Of a DNA stretch of 64,000 nt, positions 50,974 through 60,200 are shown in pieces. A program made the translations under genes and the position numbers. Origin of the DNA: an uncultured virus (IMG/VR IMGVR_UViG_3300037993_000804) (Duplodnaviria > Heunggongvirae > Uroviricota > Caudoviricetes); IMG/VR virus record IMGVR_UViG_3300037993_000804. One strand, written 5' to 3'. The notes under the pieces were generated by a model that was not told the origin of the DNA, ran no database searches, and saw nothing but the letters and a program-made list of their open reading frames with translations. Numbering within the stretch: the stretch's first letter is position 1; each line of letters begins with the position of its first letter.

Positions 50974-52011
50974 ATGACAACAGCAGTAGCAAGCGTAAAA
51001 ACAGATCTGACCGCTTATGAGGATTACCTCAAATACGGGTCGGATGAAGAACGGCCGAAAGGCGACCGTTCCCGGAAAATCTATCTCGCGGACGTTGAGC
51101 TCTACCTGCGGTGGCTGGAAAACGCCGAGCCGACCCCGGTGAATGCCCGGGAATTCATGCACTATCTGGAAGAGAAGGGCGACAAGCCGACCACGATCAA
51201 CCTCTACATCTGGGCGCTCAAGAGCTACTTCCGCTTCCGCAAATACCACGCCGCGGAGAACAACGAGAACACCCCGGAGATCATGGCCCAAATGCAGACG
51301 GCCCTCGCCAGCGGGGATGTGCAGGCGGTCAGGAATTTGTCCGCCCAGCTGGTCAACGGTTCCGGATCCCCGCAGCTCAATATCCGGGGTCTGACCGTCA
51401 GGAAAAGCAAACCGCGCTCGCTGAGCAGCCGGGAATGGGAAAGACTTTACGATACGGCGATTAAGCCCATTTACGACCCGGCCGTATCGGAGTGGGCCAG
51501 ACGGCGGGCGAAACTCGAAGCCGCCCTCCTGATGTGCTACAACGGCGGCGGACTGCGCTGCAGCGAAGCCACGCACCTGCAGGTGACCGATGTTATGACC
51601 GAAGGTTATCTGCACGTTATCCGTAAAGGCAACAAAGAGGCGCTGGTTCCGGTCGAGGATGAAGTTATCCGCATTATCAAAGACTGGATCGCGGTCAAAG
51701 GCACACCCGGGCCTTATGTCTTCGAGGGGAAAGAGCCGGGCAAGCCCATGGCCGAGCGGACGGCGCAAGGGATCATCAAGAAACTGTGCATCAATGCGGG
51801 CCTGCCCGACGTGCATATTCACTCGCTCCGGCATACGGCCGGACGGGAACTGCGCAAGGCGGGAGCTCCGCTCAATGATATTCAGGACTTTTTGGGACAC
51901 GAAAACATCTCGACCACGAAGATTTACACCGACCTGGCGGCCGACGACCTGCGCCGGCGACTGCCGAAACGCTTTGGGAAACCCAAGCAGGCCAGAATGG
52001 AACTGGTTTAA
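50974..52011 (+). CDS. Tyrosine recombinase (XerC/D-like integrase/resolvase)
   Basis: GLRCSE, RKGNK, HSLRH, LGHENISTTKIY. Confidence 0.95.
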   Translation: MTTAVASVKTDLTAYEDYLKYGSDEERPKGDRSRKIYLADVELYLRWLENAEPTPVNAREFMHYLEEKGDKPTTINLYIWALKSYFRFRKYHAAENNENTPEIMAQMQTALASGDVQAVRNLSAQLVNGSGSPQLNIRGLTVRKSKPRSLSSREWERLYDTAIKPIYDPAVSEWARRRAKLEAALLMCYNGGGLRCSEATHLQVTDVMTEGYLHVIRKGNKEALVPVEDEVIRIIKDWIAVKGTPGPYVFEGKEPGKPMAERTAQGIIKKLCINAGLPDVHIHSLRHTAGRELRKAGAPLNDIQDFLGHENISTTKIYTDLAADDLRRRLPKRFGKPKQARMELV

Positions 52012-52067
52012 TTCATCCCGGTTAGTAGTACCGGCTAGTATATACTAATAGGAAAGTCGTTAGCTGG

Positions 52068-52108
52068 AAAAAGAGACGGCGGCACCCATTGGATGCTGCC
52101 GTTTTTCT
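52068..52108. terminator. Intrinsic terminator
   Basis: ACGGCGGCA-cccattgga-TGCTGCCGT-TTTT. Confidence 0.7.
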
Positions 52109-52122
52109 ATAAAGGAGGGCAT

Positions 52123-52518
52123 ATGAACAAGTATTTTGTCGCAATGGCGCCGCCCCAGGTACTGGCGCTGACGATTCCGCTTGAAGTGGGTCGCGGCCTC
52201 ATTACGCCGGGTCTTACCCAGTCCACCCGGCAACTGCTGGCGGTCCGGGTGCAGAAGAACGGGAAATTTGCCAAGAACACCGTCTTCTACATGCCCTATT
52301 CGCTTATCCCGCCGCTGGCCTATTCCTACCAGTGTGCTAACTGCACCTTCTACCAATCGGCCGGGAAGACGTGCGAGTGCGTACAGGATATCGTCGAGCC
52401 TTACGCCTACTGCGGACTGTGGCTGCCGATGGTGAATGAGCCGGCAAATGAATGGGGCGAAGACCTGACCCTGCCGCGTCCGATCACGCCGGCGATAACC
52501 GAATTACAGGGAGTTTAA
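52123..52518 (+). CDS. Protein with HiPIP-like 4-Cys domain
   Basis: QCANCTFY......CECV...VEPYAYCGLW. Confidence 0.6.
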   Translation: MNKYFVAMAPPQVLALTIPLEVGRGLITPGLTQSTRQLLAVRVQKNGKFAKNTVFYMPYSLIPPLAYSYQCANCTFYQSAGKTCECVQDIVEPYAYCGLWLPMVNEPANEWGEDLTLPRPITPAITELQGV

Positions 52519-52532
52519 TTAAGGAGGTCACT

Positions 52533-53186
52533 ATGTCTAACTGGTACGCATTGGTCGACAAGAAGTTGAAGACTGTTTTGGGGCTGCTGCCCACGGAACC
52601 GATACTCTCGGATAACACGCCGTTTCCCGGCGGTGATATTCCGCTGGCGGCCGAAGCAGCCATTATGGACGATCACTTCCATAACTATGAGGTGTTATTC
52701 GGCCTGGCCGCTGCGCCGGTCGGTACCACGCACGCCGCCGATATTGAGAGCGCGAATCCCTTCACGATCACGGCAGTTGCCGGCGGAGGTTCGTTCGGGA
52801 CACCGGTGCTGATCCTCGGTTCATCCGATACCCCAACCAGTATGGGGTCGCCTCCCAGGCAGACGGGGCAAACCCTCTTCGATCTGCGCAAGTTCTGGAT
52901 TATTGCCTTGTCGCAGACCACGATCTACATTGTCCGGATTATCTGGGGTACGCCGAGCCAGTCCGCGGCCCAGGCTATCGCCGCGGGACAATATACGGAA
53001 ACCTGCCTGCAAAACTTTGTGGGTAACTGCGTCTTCGAGGAATTCTTTAATGTCAGAGTCCCGGTCGGTAATCTGGTATGGGCCCAATGCTATAATGCTC
53101 ATGCGGTCCAGGCAGCCACCGCTACTTTCCTGTTCAGTCTGCATGAGTACCCGAGCCTGTCGCCCGGCAATCTTCCCCTATTGTGA
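52533..53186 (+). CDS. Beta-rich putative structural protein
   Basis: AAGGAGG RBS; shares ILSDxTPFPGxDIP with 43990. Confidence 0.6.
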   Translation: MSNWYALVDKKLKTVLGLLPTEPILSDNTPFPGGDIPLAAEAAIMDDHFHNYEVLFGLAAAPVGTTHAADIESANPFTITAVAGGGSFGTPVLILGSSDTPTSMGSPPRQTGQTLFDLRKFWIIALSQTTIYIVRIIWGTPSQSAAQAIAAGQYTETCLQNFVGNCVFEEFFNVRVPVGNLVWAQCYNAHAVQAATATFLFSLHEYPSLSPGNLPLL

Positions 53187-53193
53187 GTTGGAT

Positions 53194-53976
53194 ATGCCCC
53201 TCGATCTGCTGAAACCAAATTTGACCGCTATTCAGACGGCCTTCACCGGCCGCATTTACTCGATTGACCTGTTTACGCTCTACCGGGCCATTGCCGGCAA
53301 TTATTCGACCAATCCCTCGATTGTGGCCGGCGCCGCCGGTCTTTCCGTCGAGCAGGACTTTGTCAGCAAGGTTGGCGCCATCGGTCCTTTCGGCCGTTTC
53401 AACTGGGTGGGAGACACCTACTCGATAGTTTATAATCAGGAAATTGCCAGCGCACTGGCCGGCGTACCGGCATTATCCGCCTTTTGGCCGGGCTGGTCGG
53501 AATTTACCCAGGCCCTGCAGAACGATGCCAACCAGCAGGCGCATCCTTTCCAGTGGCCGGGCTTCGAATATGCCCTGCCGGTGACTGCGGCCCAGCCCTA
53601 CGGCAATAACGACCTGATTCTCTACATCATCTACCGGGGCGACGTGGACTCGATGGTCAACCTGCTCACCCTGCTCTCCCAGTATATGCCGGAAATGCTG
53701 CCGATAATGCCGGTGACCTTCAATGACCTGAACGGCATTTTTACATTATACGGGGAATGGGTCAACGAGCGTTTCAACGGGGTCGCCGCCAGCAATAACG
53801 CCCGCATCATGGCCAAAGTGGTGTTATTGGCCGACTATCGCTGGTACTTGCTCCTGGGCGATCTTCTGGCTATGATAAGTTCAGACTACCTCGCGCCAGG
53901 CTTTACCAATGGTCTTTCCCAGATTGCTACCGTTATCCGTCAGGAAGCGGAGCAGATTAAAATAACAGGAGGCTAG
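53194..53976 (+). CDS. Hypothetical protein
   Basis: ATG 53194 within a long ORF. Confidence 0.6.
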   Translation: MPLDLLKPNLTAIQTAFTGRIYSIDLFTLYRAIAGNYSTNPSIVAGAAGLSVEQDFVSKVGAIGPFGRFNWVGDTYSIVYNQEIASALAGVPALSAFWPGWSEFTQALQNDANQQAHPFQWPGFEYALPVTAAQPYGNNDLILYIIYRGDVDSMVNLLTLLSQYMPEMLPIMPVTFNDLNGIFTLYGEWVNERFNGVAASNNARIMAKVVLLADYRWYLLLGDLLAMISSDYLAPGFTNGLSQIATVIRQEAEQIKITGG

Positions 53977-54838
53977 TAATTATGGATCCCCTACAAGAAG
54001 TTCTACAACAGGCAACCAATCTCCGGGCAATGGTCAACCAGCAGATCGCCAAGCTGCCCGCCCCCAGTCCGGCCCGGGACGCTTTTCTCGATGTCGACCG
54101 GCAGCTGGCCAACGTCGAGACCAAGATACGGACTACCATGCCGAAACCGCCTTCTTGGCCATCGGTCAATGGCAAACTGGGCTCACTTCCCAAACTTCCC
54201 GGTATGCATTAACGAGGTTAGCGAGATGACGCACGATTGGACGCTCGGTCAGGATAAAGCCCGTTACAAAGTTGGGGACAAGGTCCAGTTCATGTTTCAC
54301 GGGTCCTGGCAGATTGGTGATGTCACCCAGGTCAAATACAGTGAATACAAGGGTCAGGGCTGGCAATATTATGTCCGGTCATGGACTGGCGCCGAGTGGT
54401 ATTCCCAAAGACAGTTAAGACCTTATGTGGCCGATACAGCGCCCCAGGCTGCCGGCCGGTGTTCCCAGTGTGGAGGGACCCTGCAGGAATTACCGCGAGA
54501 TCCGGGACAAACGCAGCGGGTGTACAAGTGTACGTCCTGCAACCGGGTGTTTTGGAGTTAAAGATGGCCGATAAAGACGTTAAAACCATGTCCGACATTG
54601 ACCTCGCCTTCGAGTACCGGGCGCTTTCTAAGGCACCTTATCGGAGTGACCGTCTTATCGTGGTGGAAAATGAGATAGGCGAACGTTCCCGGGCGCAGTA
54701 CGGCAAGAGTGGATTCTTGGACTTTGCCGCCATCAGAGAATATCGGGAACGGGGCCCGGCGCCGGTGATCGAAAATATGGTTAAACGGGATGAACAAAAG
54801 GTCAAGAAATTATTCCAGAATTTATTCGGGAGGAGCTA

Positions 54839-55750
54839 ATGCCAGTACGCCGCGCCAAGCCCCCGGGTGAATTTATCGCCCAGCATATGCGTGATGTCGG
54901 AGGGATTGATTACCCCCAGAACGTTCACCGCGAGTACAAGAGCTACCTGCGGTCGCAGGGACTGAAAAACCTGCCCTGCAGAGCAACTATGTCGCACTAC
55001 TTTTGGCTGGCCAACAAGATGGGCTTAATCGTCTTCGACCATTCCGAAAGTCCGGTCTACTGGGACGGACTGCTGAACTTTCCCCGAACAACCCGTCGGG
55101 CGGTCCGGCAATCCCGGCCGCTGGCGCCATCCCCACGCTACTATTACAAGATCATCGATCCAGACGACCCGCGCTGGCTCAGGTTAGAGACCAGCCACCG
55201 GCAGGAAATCGGCATCCCGGTACCGCCCGCTTTCCCGCGGTCGCCGGTCGAAGAACTGACGCCCGAAGAAGAAGAAGCCGTGGTCGAAGAGGTCGAGGTG
55301 CCGGTCAAGCCGAAGACCCGGAAGGAACGGGTGAAGAAGGCCAAGAAAGAGATCATCGAGAAGGTCAAGAAACCGAGCTCCGCCGATGTGGCCACGGCCG
55401 CCGCGCAACCCTTCGAGGACGGATTCAAGAAGATCTCGGCCGAACTGGACCTGCTCGGGGTCAATCCCACTATTGCGGCGGTGGAGAAGATCGAGAATGA
55501 CGTTGCCGACCTGGGCGGTAAGCTGCTGGATACCCTGGAGGGCAAGAAGGGTCTGCTGCGGGACCGGTTGCTCCTGGAGAATAGCAAGTTGACCCGGGTT
55601 GTCGAAGATCTGCCGCTGGTCCGTAATTCCCTCACCTCAATGCTCAATGAGCGATTACCGGCGCGCCGGGTTAGTTACCGGCAGTCGCTGGATAATGCTA
55701 TCCGGGTGGTCAAAGAAGACCTGGCCAGACCGCCCGAGGAGGCCGGATGA
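54839..55750 (+). CDS. wHTH-like DNA-binding protein with basic linker and helical C-terminus
   Basis: TMSHYFWLANKMGLIVF...PRYYYKI. Confidence 0.55.
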   Translation: MPVRRAKPPGEFIAQHMRDVGGIDYPQNVHREYKSYLRSQGLKNLPCRATMSHYFWLANKMGLIVFDHSESPVYWDGLLNFPRTTRRAVRQSRPLAPSPRYYYKIIDPDDPRWLRLETSHRQEIGIPVPPAFPRSPVEELTPEEEEAVVEEVEVPVKPKTRKERVKKAKKEIIEKVKKPSSADVATAAAQPFEDGFKKISAELDLLGVNPTIAAVEKIENDVADLGGKLLDTLEGKKGLLRDRLLLENSKLTRVVEDLPLVRNSLTSMLNERLPARRVSYRQSLDNAIRVVKEDLARPPEEAG

Positions 55751-56079
55751 TGAAGGGTAAGTTAGCAGTAGTGTTAACGGTATTGTTAGCACTGTTAGTA
55801 TTATGCTTCTCATCGTGTGCCAGCAAGCCCGTAAACACGACGGCTCTGCCGGAACCCGGCAATATTTCCCTTCAGTTGCAAGAAGACCTGCTCGAATACA
55901 ATTATCCCTATTCCGAGGTATCGGTTGCCGAGAGGGAGCAGTTAGCGCAATACGAGACCAGTACGCTGGAGGAACAGATCGCCAATTTCCAGCCTGATCA
56001 AGGCTACACCTTGAATTATCTCCAAAATGCACTGGCCAACATGAAGAAGCTCGACGGCATCCAGCCTACTACAAAATAA
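55747..56079 (+). CDS. Lipoprotein
   Basis: Basic N-terminus, hydrophobic core, FSSC lipobox. Confidence 0.65.
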   Translation: MMKGKLAVVLTVLLALLVLCFSSCASKPVNTTALPEPGNISLQLQEDLLEYNYPYSEVSVAEREQLAQYETSTLEEQIANFQPDQGYTLNYLQNALANMKKLDGIQPTTK

Positions 56080-56966
56080 GGGGGTGATCAATATGGTATC
56101 ACCAGCTTGGCTCGATAAAACACCTCCCAGTGATGAAGAAGTCGCGGCCGTCATCAATGCTTCGGGATTACAGCCGTTCAAGCCGATGTTCTTCCCGGAA
56201 AGAGAAGTACCGGCGTATGAGGGGCCCAACCGCAGCAAGCGCGGTCCTGATGCCCAACGTCAGCAGTGGATCGGGCCGTACTACATCGCCATGGAGCGCC
56301 GCGGGGAGAATTCCCAAATCAAACTATGGCTCTATGACTTCAGCCGAGGAGCTCTCAATCTGAAGGCAACCTGGTCGGGATTCGGTAGACTGGAGACCGA
56401 CCGGCAGTTTAATAACGTCGCGGATTATGCTAAGGCGGCCATTATCGCCAGAACGCAGAAGAAGTTGTAATGGACATCAAGGGCAGGCGTGTTTATCCCA
56501 AAGAAGGTGAATCGTTCCTGTGCAATATGCAGCCGGGCGATTACGGCCTCGATGGCAACGGTCTGTGGGCGGTTTATTCCCCGATCGAAGGTGTCGGACC
56601 GGGCTATATTCCCAAGCATACCGTCATCGAACACCCGGATGGCACGATTACCGTCTCGCCGTCCATCTTGATCAGCGGGGGCGACAATTACCCGAGTTAG
56701 GTGTGGACACAGGTCCCATAAGGAGGCTGACATGCAGAATTGGAATTTGGGAGCGATAGGGTCGGGGCGTTCTTCGATCCCAACCCGGGAAGACTACCAG
56801 GCCGCCAGAGTTCTGGAGGGATTGAAGCTGCCCGCTATACGGAAAGCCGAGACCTCTGCCGCCCAGGCTAAAATGAAGTTCGATCAGGGATTATTAGCCG
56901 AGAGCGACTACATTAATATCTGTTATCAGGCCTGGTTATTAGCCAAGGCCGATACGCGGAGTTAAT

Positions 56967-57332
56967 ATGGAAGAGTGCCCGTTCCGGAGCGATCCGGTTA
57001 TCAGATATTGCGGAGATCCGCTGCCGCCGGACTTCATTTCTTGCCCGACGTGTGGACGTACCCATCTGCGCGACCCGAAGACGAATAATCCTGCCCCTTT
57101 CATCCGGTTTGCCGCCAGGGTGCAGCGGGCCGTCCAGAAGCTCGGCCTGCCGGTCACCGTCGCCGTCATGGGCTGTGAGGTTAATGGTCCCGGCGAAGCG
57201 AAAAACGCCGATATCGGTATCGCCATGGGAGTCGGGAGAGCTGCCATCTTCAAGAAGGGGAAAATCCTGAAAACCGTACCAATGGAACAAGCGTTCGATA
57301 TTCTCATGGAGGAGGTTCGCCGGACATGGTAG
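56967..57332 (+). CDS. ispG: Stand-alone C-terminal [4Fe-4S] domain of IspG (or ispG remnant)
   Basis: FISCPTCGRT, VAVMGCEVNGPGEAKNADIGIA; TIM-barrel domain absent. Confidence 0.85.
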   Translation: MEECPFRSDPVIRYCGDPLPPDFISCPTCGRTHLRDPKTNNPAPFIRFAARVQRAVQKLGLPVTVAVMGCEVNGPGEAKNADIGIAMGVGRAAIFKKGKILKTVPMEQAFDILMEEVRRTW

Positions 57333-57921
57333 CTGTAAATCCCTATTCAGTTACTACGGTCCGGGTACGGAGATCCTCCAGGTAAGTTACGACCCGAAGA
57401 ACGTGGTCAGCGACCTGGGGGCAGACGGCCGGTTTGTCGTCAACCCCGAATCCACCCGGGAAATCGGCCAAGATTTGCTGGCGCCGGTGAAGGGGCTGCT
57501 GGCCAAGGCTGCCAGGTCATACCACCAGCGATACGACCGCTAATCTTTACCCCCATTGACTGACATCTATCATTATCTGACACCTTTCTATCACTAACTG
57601 CCAGAATCTCACCCATTATCACCCCATATTGCCCAATATGGCTCCAAGTAGCACGAATTAGCTCTAAACGGCTGCGTACAGTGGCCTACGAGGCCATCGT
57701 TCACCGGCCAGGGCTATGAGAAGACCCCTTCGATTAGCCTCAATCCGATTCTGGTATGTTCACTTCTGTTCATCTCTGTTCACCTTTGTACACTCATGTC
57801 GCACTATCCCCTTTCTATCCCGCTGGCTGTCAAAGAGACCCCTTAACTGCGCCCTTTAGGTCGAGGCTAAAGGCGTTAAATCAAGCTGTATTTTAACGCG
57901 CGCCTAACGTGTGTTGTGCGC

Positions 57922-57950
57922 TTGACAACGTACTAGCGTTGTTGTATTAT
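57922..57950 (+). promoter_or_regulatory. Strong sigma70 promoter with overlapping palindrome
   Basis: TTGACA-N17-TATTAT; ACAACG-tactag-CGTTGT. Confidence 0.8.
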
Positions 57951-58045
57951 TATGTTGTGGGATGAAAAAACACACAACCACCAAGCGCAAGGCGCAAGGT
58001 GCAAGTGCTAGAATCCATCCCAAGAAAAAAATAAGGGGGTGTCTA

Positions 58046-58570
58046 ATGGACACAGTCGCGAACGCATCCAGCAAGATGGCCAGTCTCTTGGAACGGATGG
58101 AGAAACTCAAGGCGCAGATTGAGGAGGAAAAAGGCAAGTCTGCTGCGGAAACAGCCCTGAACACGCTTGGCGCAAGTCTGGCGGGATACTTGACCACTGA
58201 GGCCGGGAAGGCCAAAATCGACCTGAAGGTTTTGTCCGGGAAATTCCTCGCTCTGAAGGTAGACGAGGCCGGGAAACTTTCCATTGAAGTGGCCACCAAG
58301 CCGGCGCCGGTCAAGACAACGTCCACCACCACCACCACCACCACCACCACGGACAAAACCGGGAAAGTGTACGAGTACGTAGGCGCGGACGGCCAAGTCC
58401 TGGGTGATACCGTACAAGCGGCGATGGACAAGCTGGGCATTGATAAGGCCAGCCGTCCCGGCCATAATCGCTATGACCGCCTATCTGCCGACTGGAAAAA
58501 GAAAATCATCCAGCGGGAAAAAGTGGCCGCCCCTGCCGAGACTCCGGCCAGCCCTGCCGCCACCAACTAG
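58046..58570 (+). CDS. Coiled coil, poly-Thr linker and HNRYDRLS domain protein
   Basis: ATG 58046 after AAGGGGG. Confidence 0.7.
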   Translation: MDTVANASSKMASLLERMEKLKAQIEEEKGKSAAETALNTLGASLAGYLTTEAGKAKIDLKVLSGKFLALKVDEAGKLSIEVATKPAPVKTTSTTTTTTTTTDKTGKVYEYVGADGQVLGDTVQAAMDKLGIDKASRPGHNRYDRLSADWKKKIIQREKVAAPAETPASPAATN

Positions 58571-58747
58571 GCCAGCGAGGAAAATCGAATAACGCGATAG
58601 GCGGAGAGAAATCTCCGCCTAAACTCGTTTCCCGGGCATCTGTCCGGGGACGCCAGTCGGTTGATTGACGCCCCCGGACAGCGGCCTGAGAACCGCTGAA
58701 GGGACAGGTCGAGTCCCTGGTAGCCAATTTTTACCGTGGAGGGAGAG

Positions 58748-59848
58748 ATGCCAGTAACAAAGCATCCCAAGATTCCCTGCGATGTATGCGGATATGAGGC
58801 TTGGTCGGATACCGACCTTGCCAACCATAAGGCCAGCGTACACCAGCAGGGAACTCCCATACAGACACCGCCAACGCCGGAGGCCAAAGCCCCGGAAAAG
58901 GTGGTCGTCCCAACTCCCGCCCCGGCGGCTGTACCCTCAACAGACCCGCCGGCGGGAAAAGTCCCGGAGCCAGCGCCAGAGCTGCCCGCCGGGATTTTCG
59001 TGCCTCCGCCCCAGCCGAACTTCTGGGTGTCCAAGCCGGTGGCGAAGGAACTCTACATCGTCGGGAAAATGGCCGACCGGGGGGAAATCATCAATGTTAA
59101 AGTCCTCGGTCCGGCCGGTGTCGGCAAAACAACCCTGGGATGGGAATTCGCCGCCTCCCGCAAAAAGCCCTGTTTCGAGGTGCATTGGGGGATGTACCAA
59201 GAACCCTCCGAAGTCTGGGGAAAAGACAGGCTCTCAATGGAACAGGGGACATTCTACGAGCAAGCCCGCTACGTGGATGCCCTGGAAACTCCGGGCTGCG
59301 TCATCATCAATGACGAGCCAAACCGCTGTCCGCCGGAAGTCTTGAACGCCAATTTCGGCCTGTGGGACTGGAGACGGGCGGCATGGGTACACGATTTACG
59401 CCGGACAGTCAAGGTGGCGCCGGGAGTCGTGTTCTTCGCCTGCATGAACCTTGGCGCTGAGTACATCGGGACAAACCCCATGGACAAGGCCATCAAGGAA
59501 CGGTTCGGCAGGACAATCGTACTGACTTGGCCGCCGCAAGATGTGGAAAGTCAGATTCTCCAACGGCGTACAGGGGTCAGCAAGGAAGTGGCCGACAAGC
59601 TATCGCGGTTTGCCCGGGATATCCGCCGCGACCCGAAGATTACTGTCCGGCCATCCACACGTCAACTGCTGGTGGCAGCCGAAGATGTAGTGGAAGGGCT
59701 GCCCATCCAAGAGGCCGTGATGTACGCCATCATCAACGATTTGGATGAAGATGTTGACCGGAAAACGCTTCTCCAGCACTTGCAGGTTATCGGCAAGGTG
59801 GATGAGGCATGGGTCAACGGGGAGGCGACGGATGAAGATGATAGTTGA
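58748..59848 (+). CDS. MoxR/CbbQ-like AAA+ ATPase with N-terminal C2H2 finger
   Basis: CDVC...H...H; GPAGVGKT; IINDEPNR; MN.G..Y.GT; ERF. Confidence 0.88.
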   Translation: MPVTKHPKIPCDVCGYEAWSDTDLANHKASVHQQGTPIQTPPTPEAKAPEKVVVPTPAPAAVPSTDPPAGKVPEPAPELPAGIFVPPPQPNFWVSKPVAKELYIVGKMADRGEIINVKVLGPAGVGKTTLGWEFAASRKKPCFEVHWGMYQEPSEVWGKDRLSMEQGTFYEQARYVDALETPGCVIINDEPNRCPPEVLNANFGLWDWRRAAWVHDLRRTVKVAPGVVFFACMNLGAEYIGTNPMDKAIKERFGRTIVLTWPPQDVESQILQRRTGVSKEVADKLSRFARDIRRDPKITVRPSTRQLLVAAEDVVEGLPIQEAVMYAIINDLDEDVDRKTLLQHLQVIGKVDEAWVNGEATDEDDS

Positions 59849-60200
59849 TGAATCCGTCCGCAAGGCACGCATCGCCGAACTGGAGAAAGAACTCGCCCAC
59901 GTCATGCGGGATATTGACGAGACAGCCCGGATTGACCAGCGGGTGGGACTGGTGGAAAGTGCCTTTGCCAAGCTCAAGGCCGTCATGTTCTCCACGCTCA
60001 CGCCTGACGAGCTGGCCGCAATCAACGGCGCATACATTTTCCTGCACAATGATGGAATTGACCTTGTACGGTCGATTCCCGATAAGACCAGTCAGGGTGA
60101 GGATATCGCCCTGCTGAAAGATTTGAAAATCGGGGACGAACTGGTCGAACTCGATGCACTGAAGGAGGCCGACAATGAAGCGGGACAGAAACCTATCTGA
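59832..60200 (+). CDS. Hypothetical protein
   Basis: Overlapping junctions between the AAA and vWA genes. Confidence 0.5.
   Translation: MKMIVDESVRKARIAELEKELAHVMRDIDETARIDQRVGLVESAFAKLKAVMFSTLTPDELAAINGAYIFLHNDGIDLVRSIPDKTSQGEDIALLKDLKIGDELVELDALKEADNEAGQKPI

Noticed and set aside
50974..52011. Recombinase as the boundary of an integrated element
   Set aside because: Viral-type genes continue on both sides, and no tRNA or att duplication was seen.
58324..58350. (ACC)n microsatellite as a phase-variation tract
   Set aside because: In-frame triplets encoding a poly-Thr linker.
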